NCBI GenBank assembly: GCA_963825055.1
Contig: CAWGSK010000030.1
Location: 32,001-96,000 of the forward strand
Direction of reading: 5' to 3'
Length of the DNA: 64,000 nt
From: an uncultured Gemmatimonadales bacterium
Lineage (GTDB): Bacteria > Gemmatimonadota > Gemmatimonadetes > Gemmatimonadales > GWC2-71-9
Shown piece after piece: positions 9,144 to 17,901 of the stretch; the stretch's first letter is position 1; every line of letters begins with the position of its first letter. The notes beneath the pieces were generated by a model that was given only the letters and a program-made list of their open reading frames with translations, was not told where the DNA came from and made no database searches. Position numbers and translations under genes: made by a program.

Positions 9144-9835
9144 CCGACGTGTTGCGCCCCCCTCCCGGCCGTGAACTGCTGGACGATCCCCATGCCGATG
9201 AACGCGCCGCCGGCCTCTCGCTCCACAACATCGCGCGCAGCAACCGCTGGTTCGGGGGCGTTGGCGCCGTCCGGTTCGGGCTGCGCCGGCTCCTCGCGGG
9301 GGCGGGCCTTCCCCGCACCCTGACGCTGCTCGACATCGGAACCGGTATGGGAGATCTGCCCCGCGCCCTGGTCACCACAGCCCGCCGGGCAGGACACGTT
9401 CTCCGGCCATTCGGCGTGGACTGGCTGCGGATCGCGGCCCGGCTGGCCGGGCGCCAGGGCACGCCGACCGTCGTGGCCGACGTTGAGGCGCTGCCCGTCC
9501 GCGAGCAGAGCGTCGACATCGTTCTCCTGAGCCAGTTCCTGCATCACTTCCCGGCCGACCAGGCCTCCAGGATCCTGATAGAGGCCGACCGGATCGCCCG
9601 GCACGGCGTCATCGTGGCGGACCTGCGCCGCAATGGCGCGGCGGTCGCCGGCTTCTGGATCGGGTCACGGCTTCTCGGGTTCGATGCAGGCACCCGCGCC
9701 GATGGCATCACCTCGGTGCGGCGGGGATACAGCCTGCCCGAGTTCCAGGGCCTGTTCCGCCGGGCCGGGGTGAACGCCTCCGTTCACCGGCGGCCGGCCT
9801 ATCGCCTTATCGGCTACTGGCGCCCTGCCCGCTGA
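9140..9835 (+). CDS. SAM-dependent methyltransferase
   Basis: LLDIGTGMGD motif I, SQFLHHF, ADLRR, DGITSVRRGY; N-terminal ELLDD...IARSNRWFGG. Confidence 0.88.
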   Translation: MTDVLRPPPGRELLDDPHADERAAGLSLHNIARSNRWFGGVGAVRFGLRRLLAGAGLPRTLTLLDIGTGMGDLPRALVTTARRAGHVLRPFGVDWLRIAARLAGRQGTPTVVADVEALPVREQSVDIVLLSQFLHHFPADQASRILIEADRIARHGVIVADLRRNGAAVAGFWIGSRLLGFDAGTRADGITSVRRGYSLPEFQGLFRRAGVNASVHRRPAYRLIGYWRPAR

Positions 9836-10296
9836 TGCGGACCCTGGACCGGCTGTCCATGCGCGCACCACCGCGGGTGGTGTACGAGGCCGCGCGGGAT
9901 GTCGAGCGCTGGCCGGACGTGTTGCCGCACTATCGGTGGGTACGGTTCCGGGAACGGAGGCCTGATGGCGGCGTGGTGGAGATGGCCGCCTGGCGGCCCT
10001 TCGGGGTTTTCCACTGGCCCACGTGGTGGGTCTCCGAGATGTGGACCGATTCGTCGCTGTACACGGTTCGATACCGTCACGTAGCCGGCATCACCGCGGG
10101 GATGGATGTCCGGTGGGAGATTGTGGAGGATGGCGGAGGTTCCGTCATCTCCATTGTTCACGAATGGACGGGCCCGCGGTGGCCGCTGGTGGGCGGCATG
10201 GCTGCCAGCCTGGTCATCGGACCGGTGTTCATCCATGGCATCGCGTCCCGAACCCTCGCCGGGATTCGCCGGCATGTCGAGCAGTCACATGAATGA
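9835..10296 (+). CDS. SRPBCC/polyketide cyclase-aromatase family protein
   Basis: APPRVVYEAARDVERWPDVLPHY...GITAGMDVRW START-fold signature. Confidence 0.82.
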   Translation: MRTLDRLSMRAPPRVVYEAARDVERWPDVLPHYRWVRFRERRPDGGVVEMAAWRPFGVFHWPTWWVSEMWTDSSLYTVRYRHVAGITAGMDVRWEIVEDGGGSVISIVHEWTGPRWPLVGGMAASLVIGPVFIHGIASRTLAGIRRHVEQSHE

Positions 10297-11530
10297 ACGT
10301 CGCGTTGTCATCACAGGGCTGGGCCTGATCACGCCGATCGGGACCGGTCCGGACGGTGTCTGGGCCGGCCTGCGCGCCCGGCAGAGCGCAGTCCGGGAGA
10401 TCACCCGCTTCGATCCGTCGCCGTTCCGCAGTCACATCGCGGCGGAGATACCCGAGTTCCATGCGGTGGACCACATGGATTCCCGGCGCGCGCGGCGACT
10501 CGACCGCTTCTCCCAGCTGAGCATCGCGTCCGCGCGCCTCGCCATCGAGGACGCCAGCCTCCGCATCGAGCGGGAGGACTCGGACCGGCTGGGCGCGATG
10601 ATGGGTACGGCGCTGGGGGGCGTGGCGCAGGCGGAGGCCCAGCACGCGCGCTACCTGGAAGGCGGAATCCGGAACGTGGACCCCGCACTCGCGCTGACGG
10701 TCTTCGCGGGGGCGGCAAGCTGCAATATGGCGATCGAATTCGGGCTGACCGGCCCCAACTCCACCAACGGCATGAGCTGCGCATCCGGGACCATTGCCAT
10801 CGGCGATGGTTTCCGGACGATTCGCCGCGGCGAGGCGGACGTGATGCTGGCCGGCGGCATCGAGGCTCCCCTGTCCCCGCTCAGTTTCGGGGCGTTCGCC
10901 ATCATCCGCGCCATGTCCACGCGGAATGAGGCCCCGGGGAGCGCCAGCCGTCCCTTCGATGCCGGACGCGACGGGTTTGTCATGGGCGAAGCCGCCGCCG
11001 TGCTCGTTCTGGAGGAGCGGAGCCGCGCGGTGGCCCGCGGGGCACGGATCTATGCCGAAGTCCTGGGGTACGGCCTCACCAACGATGCGCACCACATGAC
11101 CGCGCCGAGGCCGGACGGGGTCCAGGCCGCCCGGGCGATCCGCCTGGCCCTGGCGGATGCGCACGTGGTGGCCGGAGAGATCGGATATATCAACGCCCAC
11201 GGGTCCTCGACGCCGCTGAATGACCCGACCGAGACCGGGTCCATCCGTCAGGTCTTCGGGGAGCAGGCGGGGCGGATTCCAGTGAGCGGGACCAAGGGGT
11301 ACTATGGGCACGCGCTGGGCGCGAGCGGCGCCGTCGAGGCCGGCATCTGCGCGCTGGCCAGCACGAACGGGTGGCTTCCCCCCACCATCAACCTCACCAC
11401 GCCTGACCCGGCGTGCGACCTCGACTACCTGCCCGGCGAAGGCCGGAAGGCGAGCCCGGAGTTTCTCCTGAGCAATTCATTCGGGTTCGGGGGGATCAAC
11501 GCCGCGCTCGTCTTCCAGCGCGCGAGCTGA
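10289..11530 (+). CDS. Beta-ketoacyl synthase II (FabF/KSalpha-like)
   Basis: RRVVITGLG; intact Cys-His-His triad (SCASG, NAHGSST, GHALGASG); SNSFGFGG. Start ATG 10289. Confidence 0.93.
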   Translation: MNERRVVITGLGLITPIGTGPDGVWAGLRARQSAVREITRFDPSPFRSHIAAEIPEFHAVDHMDSRRARRLDRFSQLSIASARLAIEDASLRIEREDSDRLGAMMGTALGGVAQAEAQHARYLEGGIRNVDPALALTVFAGAASCNMAIEFGLTGPNSTNGMSCASGTIAIGDGFRTIRRGEADVMLAGGIEAPLSPLSFGAFAIIRAMSTRNEAPGSASRPFDAGRDGFVMGEAAAVLVLEERSRAVARGARIYAEVLGYGLTNDAHHMTAPRPDGVQAARAIRLALADAHVVAGEIGYINAHGSSTPLNDPTETGSIRQVFGEQAGRIPVSGTKGYYGHALGASGAVEAGICALASTNGWLPPTINLTTPDPACDLDYLPGEGRKASPEFLLSNSFGFGGINAALVFQRAS

Positions 11531-11615
11531 CCGCCGCCTTGCTGGGGCCGGGCCCGGCCCCTAAATTGGCCGCCGTTGTGTGGTTCCCCTCCAACTCCAA
11601 CGCGGGATTGTCCTG

Positions 11616-12305
11616 ATGCCGTCGTTACCTCGCCGGGCGGTCGCGGAGCTTGTCGGTACCTTCGGGCTGGTTTTCATCGGCGCCGGCTCGGTCATGATGA
11701 GCACGTACGCCGGAACGAACTACGGGCTCCTTGGGATCGCCCTGGCGCACGCGGTGGTCCTGTCGGTCATGGTGACCGCCACGATGAACATCTCCGGCGG
11801 GCACCTGAATCCCGCGGTCACGGTCGGCTTCATCGTGACGCGCCGTATCGACGCGATATCGGCCATCACCTACCTGCTGGCCCAGCTCGCCGGCGCCGTC
11901 CTCGCCGCCGCCCTGCTGCACTACTTCATCCCCGCCAACCTGTCGCGCGTGGGCGCGCTGGGCACCCCGCTCATCTCGGGGAACGTCACGCTCGGCATGG
12001 CGATCGGCCTCGAGGCGGTACTCACCTTCTTCCTGGTGTCGGCCGTGTTTGGCACCGTCGTCGCGGTTGACGCCCCGAAGGTCGGCGGTTTCGGTGTCGG
12101 CCTCGTGCTGCTGTTCGACATCCTGGTGGGCGGCCCGCTGACCGGCGCGGCCATGAACCCGGCACGCGCCTTCGGCCCGGCCCTGGTCAGCGGGACATGG
12201 ACCGGACACGTCGCCTACTGGGCGGGACCGCTCCTCGGCGGGATCGTCGCGGCGCTGTTGTGGGACCTGGTGCTGCTGAGGGAAACGCATGACCGGAAGG
12301 TGTGA
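11616..12305 (+). CDS. Aquaporin (MIP family)
   Basis: Two NPA motifs (SGGHLNPAVT, AMNPARAFGP). Confidence 0.95.
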   Translation: MPSLPRRAVAELVGTFGLVFIGAGSVMMSTYAGTNYGLLGIALAHAVVLSVMVTATMNISGGHLNPAVTVGFIVTRRIDAISAITYLLAQLAGAVLAAALLHYFIPANLSRVGALGTPLISGNVTLGMAIGLEAVLTFFLVSAVFGTVVAVDAPKVGGFGVGLVLLFDILVGGPLTGAAMNPARAFGPALVSGTWTGHVAYWAGPLLGGIVAALLWDLVLLRETHDRKV

Positions 12306-12309
12306 AAGA

Positions 12310-12393
12310 AGTGAATAGTGAGTAGTGAGTAGTGCTTCAGTGCCGGGATCCCGCCTTAAAGCACTAATCACCACCCACTATTCACTATTCACT
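12310..12393. repeat. Inverted pair of heptamer arrays, (AGTGAGT)n-AGTGCTT ... AAGCACT-(ATTCACT)n
   Basis: Directly visible between the convergent aquaporin and ccmD genes. Confidence 0.88.
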
Positions 12394-12519
12394 ACGCACC
12401 GCTTTCTTCTCCTGCCGCCGCGTCCGCACCACCAGGCTCACCGTGTAGCTCAGGTAAACCACCGCCGTCACGATGTAGGCCGCCACCATGTAGCTGCCGT
12501 TGTCCGGAAGGCTATGCAC
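12385..12519 (-). CDS. ccmD: Heme exporter protein CcmD (44 aa, below ORF-track cutoff)
   Basis: GTG start with GGAGGGG RBS overlapping the ccmC end. VHSLPDNGSYMVAAYIVTAVVYLSYTVSLVVRTRRQEKKAVRSE: single TM with YxxxAY and a basic tail. Confidence 0.75.
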   Translation of the reverse strand: MHSLPDNGSYMVAAYIVTAVVYLSYTVSLVVRTRRQEKKAVRSE

Positions 12520-13210
12520 CGGTCCCCTCCTCATCCAGTGTCTGCAGCAGCGCCAGCCCGTAGCGCCACGTCACGAATCCCAGGTACAGCAGCGTCGCCA
12601 CCCCGAAGGAGATGAGGAGCGTCCGCAGCATCACGGGCGGCAGGGAGGGTGCGCTCGGCTTGAGCACGATCGGCTGGGGATGGAGCGTGCGGAAGAGATA
12701 GACGCTCAAGTGGATGAAGGGCACCAGCACCAGGCCGAGGATTCCCACCACCGCGCTGAACCGGGCGCGCTCATCCGGGTCGGCGATCGCCGCCCGGAGC
12801 ACGCGGTAACCCACGAAGAGGAAAAACAGGAACAGCGTGAGGGTGAGGCGCGCGTCCCAGGTCCACCATGCGCCCCAGATTGGCTTTCCCCAGATGGGGC
12901 CGGTGGTGAGCATGATGGCGCTGAAGGCGAGCCCGACCTCGGCGGAGGAGGCGGCGAAGAGATCCAGCCGCCGGTCCCGCAGCCAGAGGTAGAGGATGCT
13001 CACGATACCGACCAGCGAGAACGCCAGCAGGGCGGACCAGGCGGCCGGAGCGTGGATGTAGAAGATCTTCTGGGCCAGGCCCTGCCGCGCCTCGATCGGC
13101 GTGTAGCGCAGGGCCAGGACGTAGACGACCGCCAGGCCCAGAAGGGCCAGGCCCGTGATCCACATGCCCCGGCGAATCGTCCGGCGGGCCTGCGCATCGC
13201 TCAGGATCAT
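12512..13210 (-). CDS. ccmC: Heme exporter/cytochrome c biogenesis protein CcmC
   Basis: IFYIHAPAAW, WGKPIWGAWWTWDARLT (WWD domain), RTLHP. Confidence 0.95.
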   Translation of the reverse strand: MILSDAQARRTIRRGMWITGLALLGLAVVYVLALRYTPIEARQGLAQKIFYIHAPAAWSALLAFSLVGIVSILYLWLRDRRLDLFAASSAEVGLAFSAIMLTTGPIWGKPIWGAWWTWDARLTLTLFLFFLFVGYRVLRAAIADPDERARFSAVVGILGLVLVPFIHLSVYLFRTLHPQPIVLKPSAPSLPPVMLRTLLISFGVATLLYLGFVTWRYGLALLQTLDEEGTGA

Positions 13211-13887
13211 TCGTCCACCACGAAAGCGAAAAGGAGGGTCGAGAGTACCAGGAACACCACGTCGTATACGGCGAGTAACCTAAGCCAGCCCATCAACTCA
13301 CTCAACGGCCTCCCGCTCAGCAGCCGGGACGTTGCCTGGGCCGCCGCGAGCAGGGGCGGCACCATGAATGGCAGGAGCATCACCGGCAGCATGAGCTCGG
13401 CAAACCGGGTGCGAACCGCCATGGCGCTGAACATGGTGCCTGCGGCCACGAAACCGATTGTCGCCAGGGCGATCACGGCGCTGATTCCCGGTAGCGCGTG
13501 CCCCAGGTCGACATTGAAGAAGAGCACGAAAAGGGGGACGGTGATCAACTCGACGATACCGACGAAGACCAGGTTCGCCACGACTTTCCCGAGGTACAGT
13601 GCCTCCCGCGGCACCGGCGCGAGGCGCAGGCCGGAGAGCGCGTCGTGTTCGCGCTCCACATGGAATGACCGGTTGAGCGTGATCACCGCCGCGAAGGCTA
13701 TCGTCACCCACAGGACGCTCGGCGCCAGGTCCACCATCGCGGTGGCAGTGGGGTCGCGGGAGAAGTTGAACACGACCAGGACCAGTGCGGCGAACGTCAC
13801 GGAAGACAGCAGCGCGGTCCGGCTGCGGAACTCGAGCCGGAGATCCTTGGCGGCCACTACCAGGGCCAGACGGAGCGCGCGGATCAT
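13207..13887 (-). CDS. ccmB: Heme exporter protein CcmB
   Basis: KDLRLEFRSR, FHVEREHDAL, MLPVMLLP; lies between ccmA and ccmC. Confidence 0.92.
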   Translation of the reverse strand: MIRALRLALVVAAKDLRLEFRSRTALLSSVTFAALVLVVFNFSRDPTATAMVDLAPSVLWVTIAFAAVITLNRSFHVEREHDALSGLRLAPVPREALYLGKVVANLVFVGIVELITVPLFVLFFNVDLGHALPGISAVIALATIGFVAAGTMFSAMAVRTRFAELMLPVMLLPFMVPPLLAAAQATSRLLSGRPLSELMGWLRLLAVYDVVFLVLSTLLFAFVVDE

Positions 13888-14594
13888 CCGGCAGCCTCCA
13901 GGCACCGCCGCTCGAATGCCTGCACGTCACCCTTCCTGGCCTCGGTAAACGCCCAGGACCCACCCGCCAGCAGGGCCACGTGCGTGGCCTCGGCCCAGAC
14001 CTCGGTCGGCTGGTGGGTCACCACCAGCGCGGAGCCGCCGGCATCGCGGTGCCGGGCCAGCTGTCGCCGCAGCGTGCCGGAGGAATGCGAATCGAGCCCC
14101 GTAAAGGGCTCGTCCAGGAGGAGCAGGAGCGGGGAATGCAGCAGCGCCCGGGCCACTGCCGCCCGCTGGCGCATCCCCCGGCTCAGGCTCCGGAGGAGGT
14201 CATCGGCCCGGGGGCCGAGGTCGGCCAGCTCGATACCCGCAGCAGCGATGGTGGAGGGCATCGCGAGATCGTGGCATCGCGCCGCGAACACCAGGTTCTC
14301 CCGGAGGGTCAGGTCGTCGTACAGCATGGTCTCATGCGCCACGTACCCGATACCGCGCCGGGTCTCCGGGTCGCGGCGGTCGAGCGCAATCCCGCCGATC
14401 CGCACCGTGCCGGACTGGGCCGCGAGCAGGCCGGCCAGGATCCGGAGCAGCGTGCTCTTCCCCGAACCGTTCCGCCCGGCCACCAGCCACAGCTCTCCCG
14501 CTCCGACGGTGAGGTCCAGGTCGCGGAAGACCGTGACCCGCCCGAATCTCCGGGTCAGCCCGCGGGCTTCGACGGTCGGTGCCTCAGGCGGCAT
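13884..14594 (-). CDS. ccmA: Heme ABC exporter ATP-binding protein CcmA
   Basis: GRNGSGKS, LSRGMRQR, LLDEP; operon context. Confidence 0.9.
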   Translation of the reverse strand: MPPEAPTVEARGLTRRFGRVTVFRDLDLTVGAGELWLVAGRNGSGKSTLLRILAGLLAAQSGTVRIGGIALDRRDPETRRGIGYVAHETMLYDDLTLRENLVFAARCHDLAMPSTIAAAGIELADLGPRADDLLRSLSRGMRQRAAVARALLHSPLLLLLDEPFTGLDSHSSGTLRRQLARHRDAGGSALVVTHQPTEVWAEATHVALLAGGSWAFTEARKGDVQAFERRCLEAAG

Positions 14595-14949
14595 CGATGG
14601 TCTGGGCGAGCGTGTCGAGATCGAAAGGCTTGACGAGATAACCGGAATATGCGAGGTCGAGCATGCGGAGTTGTGGCTCGCTGCTGACGTAGGCGGTGGT
14701 GATGATCACGGGAAGGTCCGGGCGGATTTCACGGATCCGCCGGAGGAGGTCCACTCCGTCGGTGTCGGGCAGCCTCATGTCGAGCACGACGACTTCGGGC
14801 TCGTGCACGCGCAGACGGCCCATTGCCTCGCTGCCACTGGCGGCGAACGCCATGTCGTAGCGGGGGTGAAAGTAACGCTGGTAACTGGTCCGGAGCGCCG
14901 GCTCATCCTCGATGAAGAGGACCCGGCGTCGCGGCGGGCTTGGATCCAT
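14584..14949 (-). CDS. Single-domain response regulator (receiver)
   Basis: IEDE, VLDMRLPDTDG, TAY, VKPF. Confidence 0.88.
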   Translation of the reverse strand: MDPSPPRRRVLFIEDEPALRTSYQRYFHPRYDMAFAASGSEAMGRLRVHEPEVVVLDMRLPDTDGVDLLRRIREIRPDLPVIITTAYVSSEPQLRMLDLAYSGYLVKPFDLDTLAQTIDAA

Positions 14950-15091
14950 CCCTGCTCACCTATCGCAGCGAGGCGTTGGCCAACGGTGCAATATAGCGGA
15001 GGATGGGACTCGCGCACGGCGGGCCGGGAGACGGGCAGCAGGCCCCGGACGGAGGAGGCCTCCCTCCGGTCGCCTGCGACCCGCCTGCGGG

Positions 15092-15403
15092 TTACCCGTG
15101 GTGGGTCTCAAGCAGGAAAAGGTCGTCCAGTTTCGTGAGCATGAGCAGGTAACGCAGCTCATCACTGGTGTTGCGCAGGACCACGTCGCGCTGCCGTTCG
15201 GCGGCCTTGCGCTGGATCAGCATCAGCGCGCCGAGTCCGGCGGAGTCCACCCGCGTTGTGGCCTTCAGGTCGATGATCAGCTGCCCATCGCCTTGTGGCA
15301 GGTCGTCCAGCAGGCGGAAGGCTTCCTGACGGAAGTTATTACGCGAATCCAGCCCCAGGTGTTCGGGTGCGGACAGCATGGCTTTCTTCGGGTTCGGCGA
15401 CAT
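15092..15403 (-). CDS. STAS domain protein (anti-sigma factor antagonist)
   Basis: IIDLKATTRVDSAGLGALM with the phosphorylatable Ser; LTKLDDLF. Confidence 0.85.
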   Translation of the reverse strand: MSPNPKKAMLSAPEHLGLDSRNNFRQEAFRLLDDLPQGDGQLIIDLKATTRVDSAGLGALMLIQRKAAERQRDVVLRNTSDELRYLLMLTKLDDLFLLETHHG

Positions 15404-15833
15404 GTTTCCTCCGCCACCCGGAAACGAGCAAAGCGTGGGGGGTCCACGCCGCTCCTATGGCTGAACGCACCACGCTTTCGCGTTGCATTCCACCTTCGGC
15501 ACCGAGCTATCTCCCATCGGGAGACCTCTGGTTTTGCGGCCCCGGATCGCTCCGGGTGTGCTCTTATCGGGCGGATCAATTGTCTGCGAGCCTTTCGGGC
15601 CCGCGGTCACTGTAGATGGCGAGACGGGTGCCAGAACCCAGACCGAGTTGTGCCCCAACGACTTAGGAGCGCCGTGCAATAGCGTGCGCAGGCCTTTTCC
15701 CTAGCACTCCGCCTGTGGCGTGGGAGAACTGCAACGCGAAAATCAGCACTCCCGAACGGGCCGTTCCCGTTTACATATGTATGGTACCGTGTCGCAGGAC
15801 ATCACTGGCCGTCCCCCAACCAGACGGAACACC

Positions 15834-17786
15834 ATGAGCGACCAACTCGACACCCTTCTTTCCGAGCAGCGCAGCTTCCCGCCCGACCAGGCCTTCCAGG
15901 ACCAGGCCAATGCACAGCCGGAGATCTACGATCGCGCCGCAAGGGACCGGGAAGCCTTCTGGGCCGAGGAGGCCAGGGCCCTGGACTGGATCACCCCCTG
16001 GACGACGGTGCTGGAGTGGAAACGCCCCCATGCGAAATGGTTCGTGGGCGGCACACTCAACGTTTCCGCCAATTGTCTCGACCGGCACCTGGCCGGTCCA
16101 CGGCGCAACAAGGCCGCGCTCATCTGGGAGGGAGAGCCCGGCGACCGCCGGGTCCTGACGTACCGTGACCTCTGGCGCGAAGTGAACCGGGCTGCCTCCG
16201 GGCTCAAGAAGCTCGGCGTGAAGAAGGGAGACCGGGTCGCCATCTATCTGCCCATGATCCCCGAGGCCGCCATCGCCATGCTGGCGTGTGCCCGGATCGG
16301 GGCGGTGCATTCGGTGGTCTTCGGCGGCTTCTCCGCGGAGTCCCTCCGGGACAGAATCAATGACGCGGAGGCCAAGGTCCTGATCACGGCTGACGGCGGG
16401 TACCGGCGGGGTGGGATCGTACCCCTCAAACGGTTTGCCGACGAGGCCGTGAAGGAGTGTCCCTCCATCCAGCACGTGGTGGTGGTTCGCCGTCGCGCCG
16501 GGTCCGAGGGCGACGAGGCCTTTGCGTCCTTCAACGAGGGCCGGGATCACTGGTGGCACCGCCTGCTGGATTCCGCCGAGCCCCGCTGCGAGCCCGAGCC
16601 GATGGACGCCGAGGACATGCTGTTCATCCTCTATACGTCCGGCACCACCGGGAAGCCCAAGGGCATCGTCCATACGACCGGAGGCTACCTCACGCACGTC
16701 ACTGCCACCACGAAGTACGTCTTCGACCTGAAAGACGAGGACGTCTTCTGGTGCTCGGCGGATGTCGGCTGGGTGACTGGGCACTCCTACGTGGTCTATG
16801 GCCCGCTCGCCAACGGGGCCACGGTCCTCATGTACGAGGGGGCCCCTGACTGGCCGGAGCGCGACCGGTTCTGGGATATCATCGAGAAGTACGGCGTCAC
16901 GGTGTTCTACACCGCCCCCACCGCAATCCGCGCTTTCATGAAGTGGGGCGACACCCACCCGGCAAAGCATGACTTGTCCAGCCTCCGCCTTCTCGGCACC
17001 GTGGGTGAGCCGATCAACCCGGAGGCGTGGATGTGGTACCACCGGCACATCGGTGAGGAACGGTGCCCCATCGTGGACACCTGGTGGCAGACCGAGACCG
17101 GAGGCATCATGATCACGCCGTTGCCCGGAGTCACCGCGACCAGGCCCGGCTCGGCTACCGTACCGTTCCCGGGCATCTGCGCGGAACTGGTGGACAGCAC
17201 CGGGAAGGCCATTCCCCAGGGCGGCGGCTTCCTGACCATCACCGAGCCATGGCCGGGGATGCTCCGGACGATCTACGGCGATGACGAGCGCTACCGGGAG
17301 ACGTACTGGAGCCGGTTCCCCGACCGCTACTTCGCCGGCGATGGTGCCAAGCGGGGGGAAGACGGCTACTGGTGGATCCTGGGCCGGGTGGACGACGTGC
17401 TGAATATCGCCGGGCATCGGATCGGCACCATGGAGGTCGAGAGTGCGCTGGTGGACCACCCGGCCGTAGCCGAGGCGGCCGCCGTCGGCAAGGCGCATGA
17501 ACTCAAGGGCCAGGCCCTGGCGGCGTTCGTCACGCTGAGGGAAGGCCGGGACCCCACCGACGAGCTGAAGGATGACCTGAAGGAGCACGTCGTCACCAAG
17601 ATCGGGGCCATTGCCCGCCCGGACGACATCATCTTCACCGCGGACCTCCCCAAGACCCGGAGCGGGAAAATCATGCGCCGGCTCCTTAAGGACATCGCCG
17701 AGGGGCGGGCGCTGGGTGACACCACCACGCTGGCGGACCCCAACGTGGTGCAGGCGCTGAAGGAGAAGTACGAGGGGAGTGAGTAG
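15834..17786 (+). CDS. acs: Acetyl-CoA synthetase
   Basis: [33 protein letters not shown]; start MSDQLD at 15834. Confidence 0.96.
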   Translation: MSDQLDTLLSEQRSFPPDQAFQDQANAQPEIYDRAARDREAFWAEEARALDWITPWTTVLEWKRPHAKWFVGGTLNVSANCLDRHLAGPRRNKAALIWEGEPGDRRVLTYRDLWREVNRAASGLKKLGVKKGDRVAIYLPMIPEAAIAMLACARIGAVHSVVFGGFSAESLRDRINDAEAKVLITADGGYRRGGIVPLKRFADEAVKECPSIQHVVVVRRRAGSEGDEAFASFNEGRDHWWHRLLDSAEPRCEPEPMDAEDMLFILYTSGTTGKPKGIVHTTGGYLTHVTATTKYVFDLKDEDVFWCSADVGWVTGHSYVVYGPLANGATVLMYEGAPDWPERDRFWDIIEKYGVTVFYTAPTAIRAFMKWGDTHPAKHDLSSLRLLGTVGEPINPEAWMWYHRHIGEERCPIVDTWWQTETGGIMITPLPGVTATRPGSATVPFPGICAELVDSTGKAIPQGGGFLTITEPWPGMLRTIYGDDERYRETYWSRFPDRYFAGDGAKRGEDGYWWILGRVDDVLNIAGHRIGTMEVESALVDHPAVAEAAAVGKAHELKGQALAAFVTLREGRDPTDELKDDLKEHVVTKIGAIARPDDIIFTADLPKTRSGKIMRRLLKDIAEGRALGDTTTLADPNVVQALKEKYEGSE

Positions 17787-17901
17787 TGGGTAGTGAGTAG
17801 TGCTTTAGGGAAAGTCCCCTGCACAATGGGCAGCCCCGATCGCGATGCTTCCGCGCGGCAGTGAAGCCTGCCACAAAGCTACTCGCTACTCACTACTCAC
17901 T
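17778..17901. repeat. Inverted pair of heptamer arrays, (AGTGAGT)n-AGTGCTT ... (ACTCACT)n
   Basis: Same unit as 12310-12393; between convergent acs and kup, with both TAG stops supplied by the repeats. Confidence 0.88.

Noticed and set aside
12310..12393. Short repeats as a CRISPR array (also 17778, 23657, 46756)
   Set aside because: Units are 7-9 nt, contiguous and without spacers; there are no cas genes.
15404..15833. 430-nt STAS/acs intergenic region as an sRNA or small-ORF locus
   Set aside because: No convincing RBS-ORF, terminator or known RNA motif; it is consistent with divergent promoters.
15771..17588. Long antisense ORFs (also 29808-31289, 38881-40764, 48336-49901, 59544-61376)
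   Set aside because: Mirror frames of well-identified genes, expected from high GC3 codon bias.
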